The notes below the pieces were generated by a model that worked only from the letters and a program-made list of their open reading frames with translations, made no database searches and was not told where the DNA came from. The translations under genes and the position numbers were made by a program. A stretch of 19,547 nt of DNA from the NCBI GenBank assembly GCA_037381445.1, contig JARRQT010000038.1:1-19547 (forward strand), written 5' to 3'. Below, piece after piece: positions 9,038 to 17,277 of this stretch (positions are counted from its first letter, which is position 1; every line of letters starts with the position of its first letter). The stretch is from Calditrichia bacterium. GTDB taxonomy: Bacteria > Calditrichota > Calditrichia > RBG-13-44-9.

Positions 9038-10120
9038 CTACCGACCCTGTTCCTGTTCGATGGCAAGCATGACGGCTTTGCTGAAATCCTCCGGGGTAAC
9101 GCCCGGCGATTGAATCCGCAAGGCATGGTACGATTCCACGATCTTTTCCCGTACCGTCTCGGATTCCATAGAAATGCCGCGGAGCGCCTGCTCCATGCCC
9201 CCCAGGGCCATCCCTGGTAACAGCGTGAAATCACCGGAGAGCGCCACATCATCGATGCGGTTGTCATGCAGCCGGACGGTGGCGCGGATGAGTCCGCCGG
9301 GCGCTTTGTAAACCGAATCCAGCAATTTGACATCTTCATGAATTTTAATGCCGCTTTGTTTTAAAGTGCCTTTTCGGTAGAGCCATTCATCCGAAAGAAA
9401 CCGTTTATCGATCCGCTGCACCATCGTCTCTTCTTCCTCAGACCAGGTACCGGGGATCACCTCGGCATTCAGGGTTTTGGCCATCTTCTCCGCATAAAGC
9501 CTTTTCACCTTCTCCCGGTCCGGAATCTTCCCAAGCTGGTCCTTGATGGTGGTCATATACTGCTCCAGACTCTCAAAAATTTTATCGCGCATTTTTTCGG
9601 AGGGCACCTTCAGAACCCTGGCCATTTTTGATTTGTCAAAATCGAACATCAGGCTGCCGACCAACACTTCAGCCTCGCCGATTTGCGCCGCCCCGGTTCC
9701 CCCGATTTTTTTCCCATCCACATGAATATCGTTCACCGGCCGCAGATAGGCCGGTATATCGAGCGCCCGGTAGGTTTCAACCAGCGGTTTTACGTATAGG
9801 CGGAAACGTGTTTCCAGATCGGCGGGTAAAGAACCGGGATGAAAAATCCATTGCACAAATACCTGGTTATTGTCCAGGTACACGGCGCCGCCGCCGACCT
9901 CCCGGCGGTACACCGGAAACCCGCTCTCCCTGCAGTAATCGAGATCCACTTCCTTCTCCAAATCCTGATGAAATCCAATACAAACATAAGGCCGCGCGGG
10001 GTTTACCAGAATAACCGTATCCGGAGAATCCGGCTTCATGGCATAGGCAACCGCATGATAACAGGTTTGTGAGCGCAGGGGCGATACATTTCCCAAATCG
10101 AGCAGTCTGATTTGTTTCAT
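9038..10120 (-). CDS. lplA: Lipoate:protein ligase (LplA family, catalytic plus C-terminal accessory domain; resembles the sLpl(AB) type of sulfur metabolisers)
   Basis: IGFHQ, RREVGGGAVYLD, PVNDI, GKKIGGTG (catalytic Lys), GSLMFDFD, LKVPSEKMRDK and a C-terminal KAPGGLIR...ALSGDF accessory domain. Confidence 0.9.
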   Translation of the reverse strand: MKQIRLLDLGNVSPLRSQTCYHAVAYAMKPDSPDTVILVNPARPYVCIGFHQDLEKEVDLDYCRESGFPVYRREVGGGAVYLDNNQVFVQWIFHPGSLPADLETRFRLYVKPLVETYRALDIPAYLRPVNDIHVDGKKIGGTGAAQIGEAEVLVGSLMFDFDKSKMARVLKVPSEKMRDKIFESLEQYMTTIKDQLGKIPDREKVKRLYAEKMAKTLNAEVIPGTWSEEEETMVQRIDKRFLSDEWLYRKGTLKQSGIKIHEDVKLLDSVYKAPGGLIRATVRLHDNRIDDVALSGDFTLLPGMALGGMEQALRGISMESETVREKIVESYHALRIQSPGVTPEDFSKAVMLAIEQEQGR

Positions 10121-10401
10121 AAATTCTTTCCTATACCCGGAAATCCGGAGTTTATTTGAATCTACAAGGGCATAATACGAACGTTATTGAATGTGAAACC
10201 ATGGCGGGAAATTTAATTTCCGCCCGGCGATTTCTCAAATGAAAAAGTGCAGCATTGCAATTCCTTCGGAGGGAACTAAAAGCCTAGATCGGCTCGATTT
10301 GTTGATCCTTCAATATTTAACCTCCTTCCCAAAATCCTTCAAAACCATCCCAGGCCGCGATCTCCTGGCAGAAATTCCCTTTTTGTCAGCGATGGGACAT
10401 C

Positions 10402-10890
10402 TCAAAGGTCTTTTTCCAGCAGCTCCCATTTTTTCAGAATCGCCATGGCCCGCTCCACGATTTCCGGAATGGCAGCCGCCACGGCAGAGCTCATTTCTGC
10501 TCCGATTTCTATGTCTTCCGGTTGAGCGCCAATGAGATGCAGGTACTTAGGGAATTTACCCCGCATGGCCGCAAATTCCAGGACCTCCTGGAAGGTTACC
10601 TGGTGCTGCGACATTTTCACCTGCGTATAAAGGGGAATCGCGTCTTTGCTCAATTCAATCACTGTTCCCGGTTCTTTGCGGGCATCAATGGCGTCCAGCA
10701 GCAAAAGGTGGCTGGATGCTTCCACGAAAGGGAGGAGATTCATTCCCAGCACGCCGCCGTCCAGTAATTCTACATTATGGGTATTACCAATTCGCTCCTG
10801 CAATGGCTTCAGGCAATGAACACCCAGCCCTTCATCGCGGTTCAGAATATTTCCCAGTCCCAAAACAATCTTGCGGTCTTTTCCGAACAT
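10402..10890 (-). CDS. hyaD: [NiFe]-hydrogenase maturation endopeptidase (HyaD/HybD family)
   Basis: VLGLGNILNRDEGLGVH, LLDGG, LLLLDAID, KMSQHQ. Lies directly downstream of the large subunit. Confidence 0.93.
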   Translation of the reverse strand: MFGKDRKIVLGLGNILNRDEGLGVHCLKPLQERIGNTHNVELLDGGVLGMNLLPFVEASSHLLLLDAIDARKEPGTVIELSKDAIPLYTQVKMSQHQVTFQEVLEFAAMRGKFPKYLHLIGAQPEDIEIGAEMSSAVAAAIPEIVERAMAILKKWELLEKDL

Positions 10891-10905
10891 AAGGTCCTTT
10901 AAATA

Positions 10906-10944
10906 CAGGCATCTTCAGTAAGAAAATATCACTAAAGATGCCTG
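10906..10944 (-). terminator. Intergenic hairpin between the hydrogenase large subunit and the protease (partial terminator or mRNA stabiliser)
   Basis: caggcatctt-c-agt (10906-10919) pairs with act-a-aagatgcctg (10931-10944). It is followed on the minus strand by TATTT. Confidence 0.55.
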
Positions 10945-10994
10945 CTTCGATTGAGTTCCCGGTTCATTTTTTCATTATTGGACGAAATCAGCTC

Positions 10995-12734
10995 TCACTT
11001 CAGACAGACATTAAAACCCGTTCCAACTTCCCCGACGGATTTGCCGTCAGCATCTACCATGTGAATCGCGCAGGCCAGACAGGGGTCGAATGAATGTATG
11101 GTTCGCAAGATCTCCAAGGGTTGATCCGGAACAGCCAGGGTGGTTCCCGGAAGCGAAGCTTCATACGCACCGGGCTGATCTTTATTATCACGCGGCGATC
11201 CGTTCCAGGTAGTAGGAACCACCATCTGATAATTGGAGATCTTCCCGCTGTCAATCACAATCCAGTGCCCTAACGCGCCCCGGGGGGCTTCCATAAAGCC
11301 GAATCCTTCCGCATGGTCTGGCCAACTGATCGGATCCCATTTTTCACCGTTGAAGGTTTGTGTGTTGCCGGACTGAATGAGGGTGATCAGCTCATCATAA
11401 TATCTCGGCAGCAGATCGCCAAAAACCTTGGTTTCGATGGCGCGTGCGGCAATCCGTCCCAGAGTGGAGAACAGTGCAGACGGCGGCGCTTTCAGCTTAT
11501 CCAGCACCACCCCCACCAGCTCCTGGGTGGGTTTATTGCCGGTGGCATACATGGCCAGCACCCGGGCCAGCGGTCCTACTTCGACAGGAGTTTCATTCCA
11601 GCGCGGCGCTTTCAGCCAGGAATATTTTTGATCCACTTCAAGATATTCGTAGGGAGGTTTGGGTCCCGTGTAATTGAAAACCGTTTCACCCTTCCACGGG
11701 TATAAACCGGCATCATTTCCCTGACTGTATTTGTACCATGAATGAGTTACAAACTCTTTCATCTTCTGCATATCATAGGGATCGGGGACGGTAATATTTT
11801 TCAGGTCCCGGTTCAGGATAAGGGTACGAGGCACATACAATTTCGAAAGATCATGGATATTGCCTTCCGGGAATTCACCCCAGGTCAGGAAATTTCCCAG
11901 GCCTTCGCCCAGCGCGGCATATTCCTTGTAATATGGGGCAATTGCCAAAACATCAGGCAAATAAACCTGGCTAATAAAGTCATTAATCTTGGTAATTGAA
12001 TCGTTAATTATAGACAGCCGGTCCGCATTCAGTGCCTGATCATTTTCCATATTTATGGGAAGCGGTACACCGCCCACCACAAAATTGGGATGGGGATTTT
12101 TTCCGCCGAAGATCACATGGATTTTAACCACATGGGCCTGCCAGTCCAGCGCTTCCAGGTAATGGGCCACCGCCAGCAGATTGATTTCCGGCGGAAGTTT
12201 ATAGGCCGGATGTCCCCAGTAACCGTTGGTGAAAAGACCCAATTGGCCGCTGTTGACGATGGCCTGTACTTTTTGTTGAACATCTGCGAAGTAACCGGGG
12301 GAAGAATTGGGCCAGGCGGAAAGACTTTGCTGAATATCGGAAGTTTTTTTCGGATCGGCTTTCAGCGCGCTTACCACATCCACAAAATCCAGCGCCTGCA
12401 GGTGGTAAAAATGCATCACATGATCATGCACGTATTGTTGGGCAATCATCATATTTCGGATGACATTCGCAGCCTGCGGGATCTGAATTTTCAGAGCGTC
12501 TTCCACCGAGCGAATGGAGGCGAAGGCATGGACAGTGGTGCATACGCCGCAGGCCCGCTGGGCAAATGCCCATGCTTCCCGGGGATCACGCCCTTTTAAA
12601 ATGATTTCTATACCACGCACCATGGTCCCGGAAGAGTAGGACTTGGTAATGGTATTATTCTGGTCCAGCTCCGCCTCAATCCGGAGATGGCCCTCAATAC
12701 GGGTTATCGGATCAACTACAAGTCGTTTGCTCAT
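10995..12734 (-). CDS. hynL: Group 1 [NiFe]-hydrogenase large subunit (Isp/Hyn-type by gene context)
   Basis: VDPITRIEGHLRIE, L1 QRACGVCTTVH, HFYHL, GGKNPHP, EAPRGALGHW, YQMVVPTTWN and L2 SFDPCLACAIH followed by a 21-aa cleavable tail. L2 has Cys, not Sec. Confidence 0.97.
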   Translation of the reverse strand: MSKRLVVDPITRIEGHLRIEAELDQNNTITKSYSSGTMVRGIEIILKGRDPREAWAFAQRACGVCTTVHAFASIRSVEDALKIQIPQAANVIRNMMIAQQYVHDHVMHFYHLQALDFVDVVSALKADPKKTSDIQQSLSAWPNSSPGYFADVQQKVQAIVNSGQLGLFTNGYWGHPAYKLPPEINLLAVAHYLEALDWQAHVVKIHVIFGGKNPHPNFVVGGVPLPINMENDQALNADRLSIINDSITKINDFISQVYLPDVLAIAPYYKEYAALGEGLGNFLTWGEFPEGNIHDLSKLYVPRTLILNRDLKNITVPDPYDMQKMKEFVTHSWYKYSQGNDAGLYPWKGETVFNYTGPKPPYEYLEVDQKYSWLKAPRWNETPVEVGPLARVLAMYATGNKPTQELVGVVLDKLKAPPSALFSTLGRIAARAIETKVFGDLLPRYYDELITLIQSGNTQTFNGEKWDPISWPDHAEGFGFMEAPRGALGHWIVIDSGKISNYQMVVPTTWNGSPRDNKDQPGAYEASLPGTTLAVPDQPLEILRTIHSFDPCLACAIHMVDADGKSVGEVGTGFNVCLK

Positions 12735-12743
12735 TCTATCCTC

Positions 12744-13064
12744 CTATTGATTACGAAGCCAATCTAAAGCTTCATCTTCGCTGTCAAAGTACTGCACATG
12801 GTTGGCATAATAGCTGGGGTCGATGTCGAGTATTTTGGTGTCAATTTTCGCGCCAAAGATAGCCGCTGTCGGCATCATGGGTCTGAAGTTTTTAATATTC
12901 CGCTCGCAGTCCGCAGGATTTGTGCCGGTCAAATCTATAAGCAGTTTCCCGTGATAATCTTTCAGGAATATTGCCAGGGACTGAACATCCTGCGGCGTAA
13001 ATTTCCCGGTGTGTTTACAGCGAAGAATACCTTTTTCAACCGGTGTGAGGGTAAAGGATGCCAT
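12744..13064 (-). CDS. Small hypothetical protein, SpoIIAA-like (STAS/SEC14) fold candidate
   Basis: 106 aa from ATG 13064 with a GGAGGT RBS (preferred over the track start at 13154). The pattern GKFTPQD...KLLIDLT...AAIFG...YFDSEDEALDWL resembles SpoIIAA-like proteins. Ends 9 nt before hynL. Confidence 0.7.
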   Translation of the reverse strand: MASFTLTPVEKGILRCKHTGKFTPQDVQSLAIFLKDYHGKLLIDLTGTNPADCERNIKNFRPMMPTAAIFGAKIDTKILDIDPSYYANHVQYFDSEDEALDWLRNQ

Positions 13065-13237
13065 AACAACACCTCCACATAAAATTTTTGTTTTTTTGTG
13101 CAATCCTCCGGAATAAGGGAAACCGGAAGTATTTCCATTAAAGAGACATATCACATAACGCCATCATGAATATCCCCTCTGTTTACCGGCTTTTCCGTTA
13201 TGCCATCAAACTGCATCTCCTTTTATTTTGATGCTGG

Positions 13238-14551
13238 TCATTCCATTGCTTTTGAGACTAGATCGGACAGACTTCTCGCTTTAATATCCGATTTGTAATA
13301 ATCCAAACCATCATTGAACTGCAACAGGCAGTTTGAACAGACCATACAAACTGTTTTCGCGCCGATTTTATTCATCTGATCCATTTTCAGACCAAAGGCA
13401 GCGAAGCGCAGGGGATCTGCTTCCTTGATGGAAATGACGCCACCACCACCGCCGCAGCAAATCGATTGTTCTCTGTTTGGCGTCAACTCCTTGAAGGAAT
13501 TTGGGGCTAACATTTTCAATATTTCACGAGGCTCTTTGATGTGACTCCCGCGGCGCTGAATTTTGCAGGCATCATGAAAAGTGATAGTACCATTGTCATA
13601 GGCGCCTTTTTTCAGCTTAATCCGACCACTACGAATATAATCCGTCATTACTGCGATGATATGTGTAACAGTCAAGCCCTTGGGCACCTGCACAAGGTTT
13701 GCAGCCGTCCAGCGAAGGGCATCGTAGGCATGGCCGCATTCGCTCACCATAATACGTTTAACCCCCAATTCCTTTGCAGCATCGAAAAGGCGGCTCAGGA
13801 AAAGTCTGGTGTGCTCATCGCTTCCTTCAAAAAAACCGAAATTTACCATTTCACGGCCCTTGGTGCTGATGGTCCAGTTCTCGCCGGCCTTATTCAGGAT
13901 TGTTGCAATTGCCGCAATGGTGGAAGGAAATTTCATCATTTCGATAGAAGTGAATGCTACCAGGGTATCAGCTCCTTTTTTATTCATGGGGATATCCACC
14001 TCCCACTCATCGGTAATCCATTCCAGGCGCTCCTGATAACGATCCAGGGTCAGGCCCAGCGGGCTTCCAATCTCAATCTGTTTCTGCACGGCATCGTGCA
14101 GGTCTTTGGGCGTTACACCGGCGGCCGTCAAGGCACCACGCACCCGGTGGATAATGGGACCGAGGTCAATTCCCATAGGGCATACCAGGGAGCATTTATT
14201 GCAAACCGTGCAGGCTTCAAAAACGATTTTACTCCAATGTTCCAAATCTTCATCAGTAATCGGCTTTTCCAAGCCAACGGCTAAACGAAGTCTTCCGCCC
14301 AAAGTAAACCGCTGCTCATAAGCCCGACGCAGAATTTCAATTTTCCAAACGGGAGAGTAGGAAGGTTCCCCGGTTGCCTGATAATAATGGCAGCCATCGG
14401 CACAAAGTCCGCAGCGGGTACAGGCTTCCAACTGGCTGGCAACCCAGCCGCCGGTTTCCCTGATCAGCGCATTGACTGCAGTTTCCGAACGGGTAGACTT
14501 CGCCTTCCCGGTTTCGACTACATTTGCACTAACTGCTGATTCTGCATTCAT
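13238..14551 (-). CDS. isp2: Isp2-like / HdrD-DsrK family Fe-S oxidoreductase with a CCG domain
   Basis: Two ferredoxin motifs (CTRCGLCADGC, CTVCNKCSLVCP), ECGHA, and a complete C-terminal CCG motif HDAC...CCGGGGG...CSNC. Located between the hydrogenase subunits. Confidence 0.88.
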   Translation of the reverse strand: MNAESAVSANVVETGKAKSTRSETAVNALIRETGGWVASQLEACTRCGLCADGCHYYQATGEPSYSPVWKIEILRRAYEQRFTLGGRLRLAVGLEKPITDEDLEHWSKIVFEACTVCNKCSLVCPMGIDLGPIIHRVRGALTAAGVTPKDLHDAVQKQIEIGSPLGLTLDRYQERLEWITDEWEVDIPMNKKGADTLVAFTSIEMMKFPSTIAAIATILNKAGENWTISTKGREMVNFGFFEGSDEHTRLFLSRLFDAAKELGVKRIMVSECGHAYDALRWTAANLVQVPKGLTVTHIIAVMTDYIRSGRIKLKKGAYDNGTITFHDACKIQRRGSHIKEPREILKMLAPNSFKELTPNREQSICCGGGGGVISIKEADPLRFAAFGLKMDQMNKIGAKTVCMVCSNCLLQFNDGLDYYKSDIKARSLSDLVSKAME

Positions 14552-14564
14552 AAATTTCCTCCTT

Positions 14565-15242
14565 TCATGGCGTTACCGCCCGTTTGCCGAACTGTGCACC
14601 ATGTATTGTCCGTGAGAAGAAATATAGCATGAAGTGTGAAATACGGCTCAAGGGAATCCAGATGAGCAAGAGGTCCACTGCAATCATATGCAGACTGAAC
14701 GCCGCCTGATATTCAAACCACAGATGACGCGACATAACGTAACCGGTGATAAAAGGCAGAAATACGATGGTCCAGTTAAACCAGTCCGCCGTTCGGGTAA
14801 TTTTCTTCAGAACCGGGTGGACAAGTCTGTTAATCAGCAGTGCAACCAATGAAATAATGCCGATGGCAGCCAGCCAATCGACATAAGGCGCCGGCAAGGT
14901 GGGCCAGCCGAATCCAAGTATGCTTTTCCATACCAGCATGTGCGGGGCCCCGAAAAAGATGATTCCGAAAAGTGACAGATGGAAAACTCCACCCGCCACA
15001 TAGGTCAGTGCATTTTTATTAAAAGTCAGTTTTACCCAGGGAATGAAGGGTAGGATAAGTATAGATTTAAGGTAAGTTATTACAACCCCGCCGATTTTGC
15101 TCCCTTTGCTGGGAACACGATCCCGTTGCCAGCCCAACAGCACAACCCGGAAGAGCCGAAAAAACATTCCGAAAAGAAAAAACACCAGGGCGGCGTAAAA
15201 CATGGGACCGCGGAGAAACCGAAGTAGTTCATCCCAGGCCAT
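14565..15242 (-). CDS. isp1: Isp1-like / NarI-DsrM family membrane cytochrome b
   Basis: About five hydrophobic helices, candidate haem-ligand His residues in VFHLS, PHML, SLHMI and ISHF, and a WIPLSRISHF motif typical of NarI/DsrM-like proteins. Follows the small subunit. Confidence 0.85.
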   Translation of the reverse strand: MAWDELLRFLRGPMFYAALVFFLFGMFFRLFRVVLLGWQRDRVPSKGSKIGGVVITYLKSILILPFIPWVKLTFNKNALTYVAGGVFHLSLFGIIFFGAPHMLVWKSILGFGWPTLPAPYVDWLAAIGIISLVALLINRLVHPVLKKITRTADWFNWTIVFLPFITGYVMSRHLWFEYQAAFSLHMIAVDLLLIWIPLSRISHFMLYFFSRTIHGAQFGKRAVTP

Positions 15243-15251
15243 ATTTACCTC

Positions 15252-16361
15252 CTATTTCTCTTTTTTTGATTCATGTTCAGCGCGCTTCTTATTAATACTA
15301 TTTGCACCTGCCAATGCCACACCAACCGCAGCGCCGGCACCTGCCGCAATGCCAAATGCCGCCAGATCAGGACGATTTAGTGGTGCTGACTGACCCTGGT
15401 AAAATCCACCACCATCCCAGAAGTTGGGCTGGGAGCAGGCCAGGCAGGGGTGATTGGATTGTACAGGAAAGGAAAGTCCCTGATACCATTTCAGGGAAGA
15501 ACAGGCATTGTAGGTAGTAGGTCCTTTGCAGCCCAGTTTGTAGAGACAGTGGCCGGCGCGGGCACCATCGTCATCAAAACTATCGGCATATTTTCCGGCA
15601 TCATAGAACGGACGACGCAGGCAGTGGTCATGAATGGTGTGGCCGTAAAACGTCATGGGGCGGTTGAGGCTGTCCATCTCCGGCAATTTTCCCATTACCA
15701 GGAAATACACAATGGTGCCGGTGGTCACTTCGGGAATAGCAGGACAGCCGGGGATATTGAGAACCGGCTTGGAAGTAATCACTTCCCACACGCCGCGCGC
15801 ATTTGTGGGATTCGGATTAGCCTTGGGAATGCCGCCAAAAGCTGCGCAATTCCCGGTCGCGATAATCGCTGCTGCACCTTCCGCCGCCTCATTGAGCAGA
15901 TCAATATTTCCACGTCCGCCGATAGTGCAGAAAACCTGATCTTCGCCAATTGCCGGACTTCCTTCAACGACCAGAACATATTTACCTTTATACTTCTCCA
16001 TGGCTTCTTTCTTGGCCTCTTCTGCCTGGAATCCGGCAGCCGCCATCAGGGTTTCCTGGTAATCCAATGCAATTTTGTTCAGCACAAGCTTCACTAAACT
16101 GGGCGACCAGGAACGGGAAATCGCTTCTGTGCAACCGGCGCAATCCTGCAACTCCAACCAGATAATGGGCACACGGGGCTTGCTCTTCAACGCATCGGCC
16201 ACCATTTTTTCCGGGCTGGGACCTGCAACAGCCCCCAGCGCCTTGACCGGCGGGGAGAACTCAACTCCCATCAAACCCGCCAATAATCCGCAGAATTTCA
16301 TAAACTCCCGTCGCGAGACACCTTCTTCTTTGAGATGCTGATAGATGGTTTTTTCAGCCAT
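15252..16361 (-). CDS. hynS: Group 1 [NiFe]-hydrogenase small subunit, Tat-exported, with a C-terminal membrane anchor
   Basis: Tat motif SRREFMK. Proximal ligands CAGCTE, GNCAAFGG and PGCP; distal HDHC...CLYKLGC; medial YNAC...HPCLAC; hydrophobic C-terminal helix. Confidence 0.97.
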   Translation of the reverse strand: MAEKTIYQHLKEEGVSRREFMKFCGLLAGLMGVEFSPPVKALGAVAGPSPEKMVADALKSKPRVPIIWLELQDCAGCTEAISRSWSPSLVKLVLNKIALDYQETLMAAAGFQAEEAKKEAMEKYKGKYVLVVEGSPAIGEDQVFCTIGGRGNIDLLNEAAEGAAAIIATGNCAAFGGIPKANPNPTNARGVWEVITSKPVLNIPGCPAIPEVTTGTIVYFLVMGKLPEMDSLNRPMTFYGHTIHDHCLRRPFYDAGKYADSFDDDGARAGHCLYKLGCKGPTTYNACSSLKWYQGLSFPVQSNHPCLACSQPNFWDGGGFYQGQSAPLNRPDLAAFGIAAGAGAAVGVALAGANSINKKRAEHESKKEK

Positions 16362-16390
16362 TAGCTTCTCCTTTCTATAGAGAATGTGAT

Positions 16391-16837
16391 TTATTCACAC
16401 GAAATATTTTCAGCCTCCAGTTTGGCCTTGTAGGTTTCCAGACCTTCGGCGCCGGTCACCAGCTCGGACCTTTCCTGGTCCCATGCACTCGCTTCCAGTT
16501 CGGCAATCCAGCCCTCACCGTAAGGATCGCTGATGGCCAGATTGGGATCGGCGTCCAGTTTCTCGTTGACCTTCACCAGTGTTCCGGTTACCGGCGCGGG
16601 AACGGGTCCCACATATTTGCTGCTTTCCACCGTAGCAAGGCTTTTTCCCTTGGGAATCTCTTTCCCAATATTTTTAGTTTTAGCCGTCACCGCATTCAGT
16701 TTCCCGCCGGACAGTTTTCCCGCCACAGTATTCATACCGACGCGAATAACATTTCCCTGCATTGGTTTCGCCCAGATGTGCTTATCAATAAAATAATAAA
16801 GATCTTCCGGAAGATCACAACCTTTTAGCTTACTCAT
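16391..16837 (-). CDS. lbpA: Lipoate-binding protein of the GcvH fold, LbpA-type
   Basis: GcvH-like LPEDLYY...HIW...VRVG-like...APVTG...VNE...DPYGEGWIAEL. The lipoyl-Lys74 sits in ESSKYVGP (LbpA-like ESxKxVGP rather than GcvH ESVKAASD). Cys7 and Cys147 near the termini match the LbpA pattern. No gcvP/gcvT in the window. Confidence 0.85.
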   Translation of the reverse strand: MSKLKGCDLPEDLYYFIDKHIWAKPMQGNVIRVGMNTVAGKLSGGKLNAVTAKTKNIGKEIPKGKSLATVESSKYVGPVPAPVTGTLVKVNEKLDADPNLAISDPYGEGWIAELEASAWDQERSELVTGAEGLETYKAKLEAENISCE

Positions 16838-16849
16838 GAGAACCTCCTT

Positions 16850-17218
16850 TTAAAATGATAAAACAGTTTTACATTCTTCCGCCATTTGCCACATGGAAGC
16901 GCCGCCAACCATCTTGACATTTTCGATCAAATCTTCCTGGGTGAGATCATGAAGTTCCATGGAAGCCGTGCAGGCAGTCATCTTTACACCGGCTTCCAGT
17001 GCTTCCTGCAGAAATTCGCCCGCCGATTTTCCGCCTTCCTTGGGATAAATGGTCTCCGCCAGCCCTTTCTTCAGCAGCAGAGTTCCGTCAATGGTAAAAA
17101 ACATCGTAACTTCGTAATCCATAGCAGCGGCCAGTGTGGCCATGAAAAATGGCGTGGCACAGCGCCGGGGGGTATCTGGCCCGCTGGTCATAACAACCAT
17201 GACTTTATCTTCATCCAT
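16850..17218 (-). CDS. DsrE/DsrF-like sulfurtransferase family protein
   Basis: 122 aa. TSGPDTPRRCATPFFMATLAAAMDYEVTMFFTIDGTLLLKKG...GVKMTACTAS (Cys83 at the DsrE active-site position)...VLSF. Confidence 0.85.
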   Translation of the reverse strand: MDEDKVMVVMTSGPDTPRRCATPFFMATLAAAMDYEVTMFFTIDGTLLLKKGLAETIYPKEGGKSAGEFLQEALEAGVKMTACTASMELHDLTQEDLIENVKMVGGASMWQMAEECKTVLSF

Positions 17219-17277
17219 AGCGTTCTCCTTCCGGGTTTATAAGTTACCGGTTTCACATATTTGAATAAAAATAAATC

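Noticed and set aside
10995..12734. [NiFeSe] hydrogenase or selenocysteine recoding
   Set aside because: L2 is DPCLAC with ordinary Cys codons and there is no in-frame TGA.
13065..13237. Micro-ORFs after isp2 (e.g. MQFDGITEKPVNRGDIHDGVM; AGGAG followed by TTG ATG GCA TAA)
   Set aside because: SD spacing is wrong for the longer ORF, the other is only three codons, and neither resembles anything I recognise.
14565..15242. Respiratory nitrate reductase gamma subunit (narI) or a dsrMK operon
   Set aside because: No narGHJ or dsrABC/JOP genes are present. The position between hydrogenase subunits matches isp1/isp2.
16391..16837. Glycine cleavage system H protein (gcvH)
   Set aside because: The lipoyl-site context and terminal cysteines fit LbpA, and no gcvT/gcvP is nearby.
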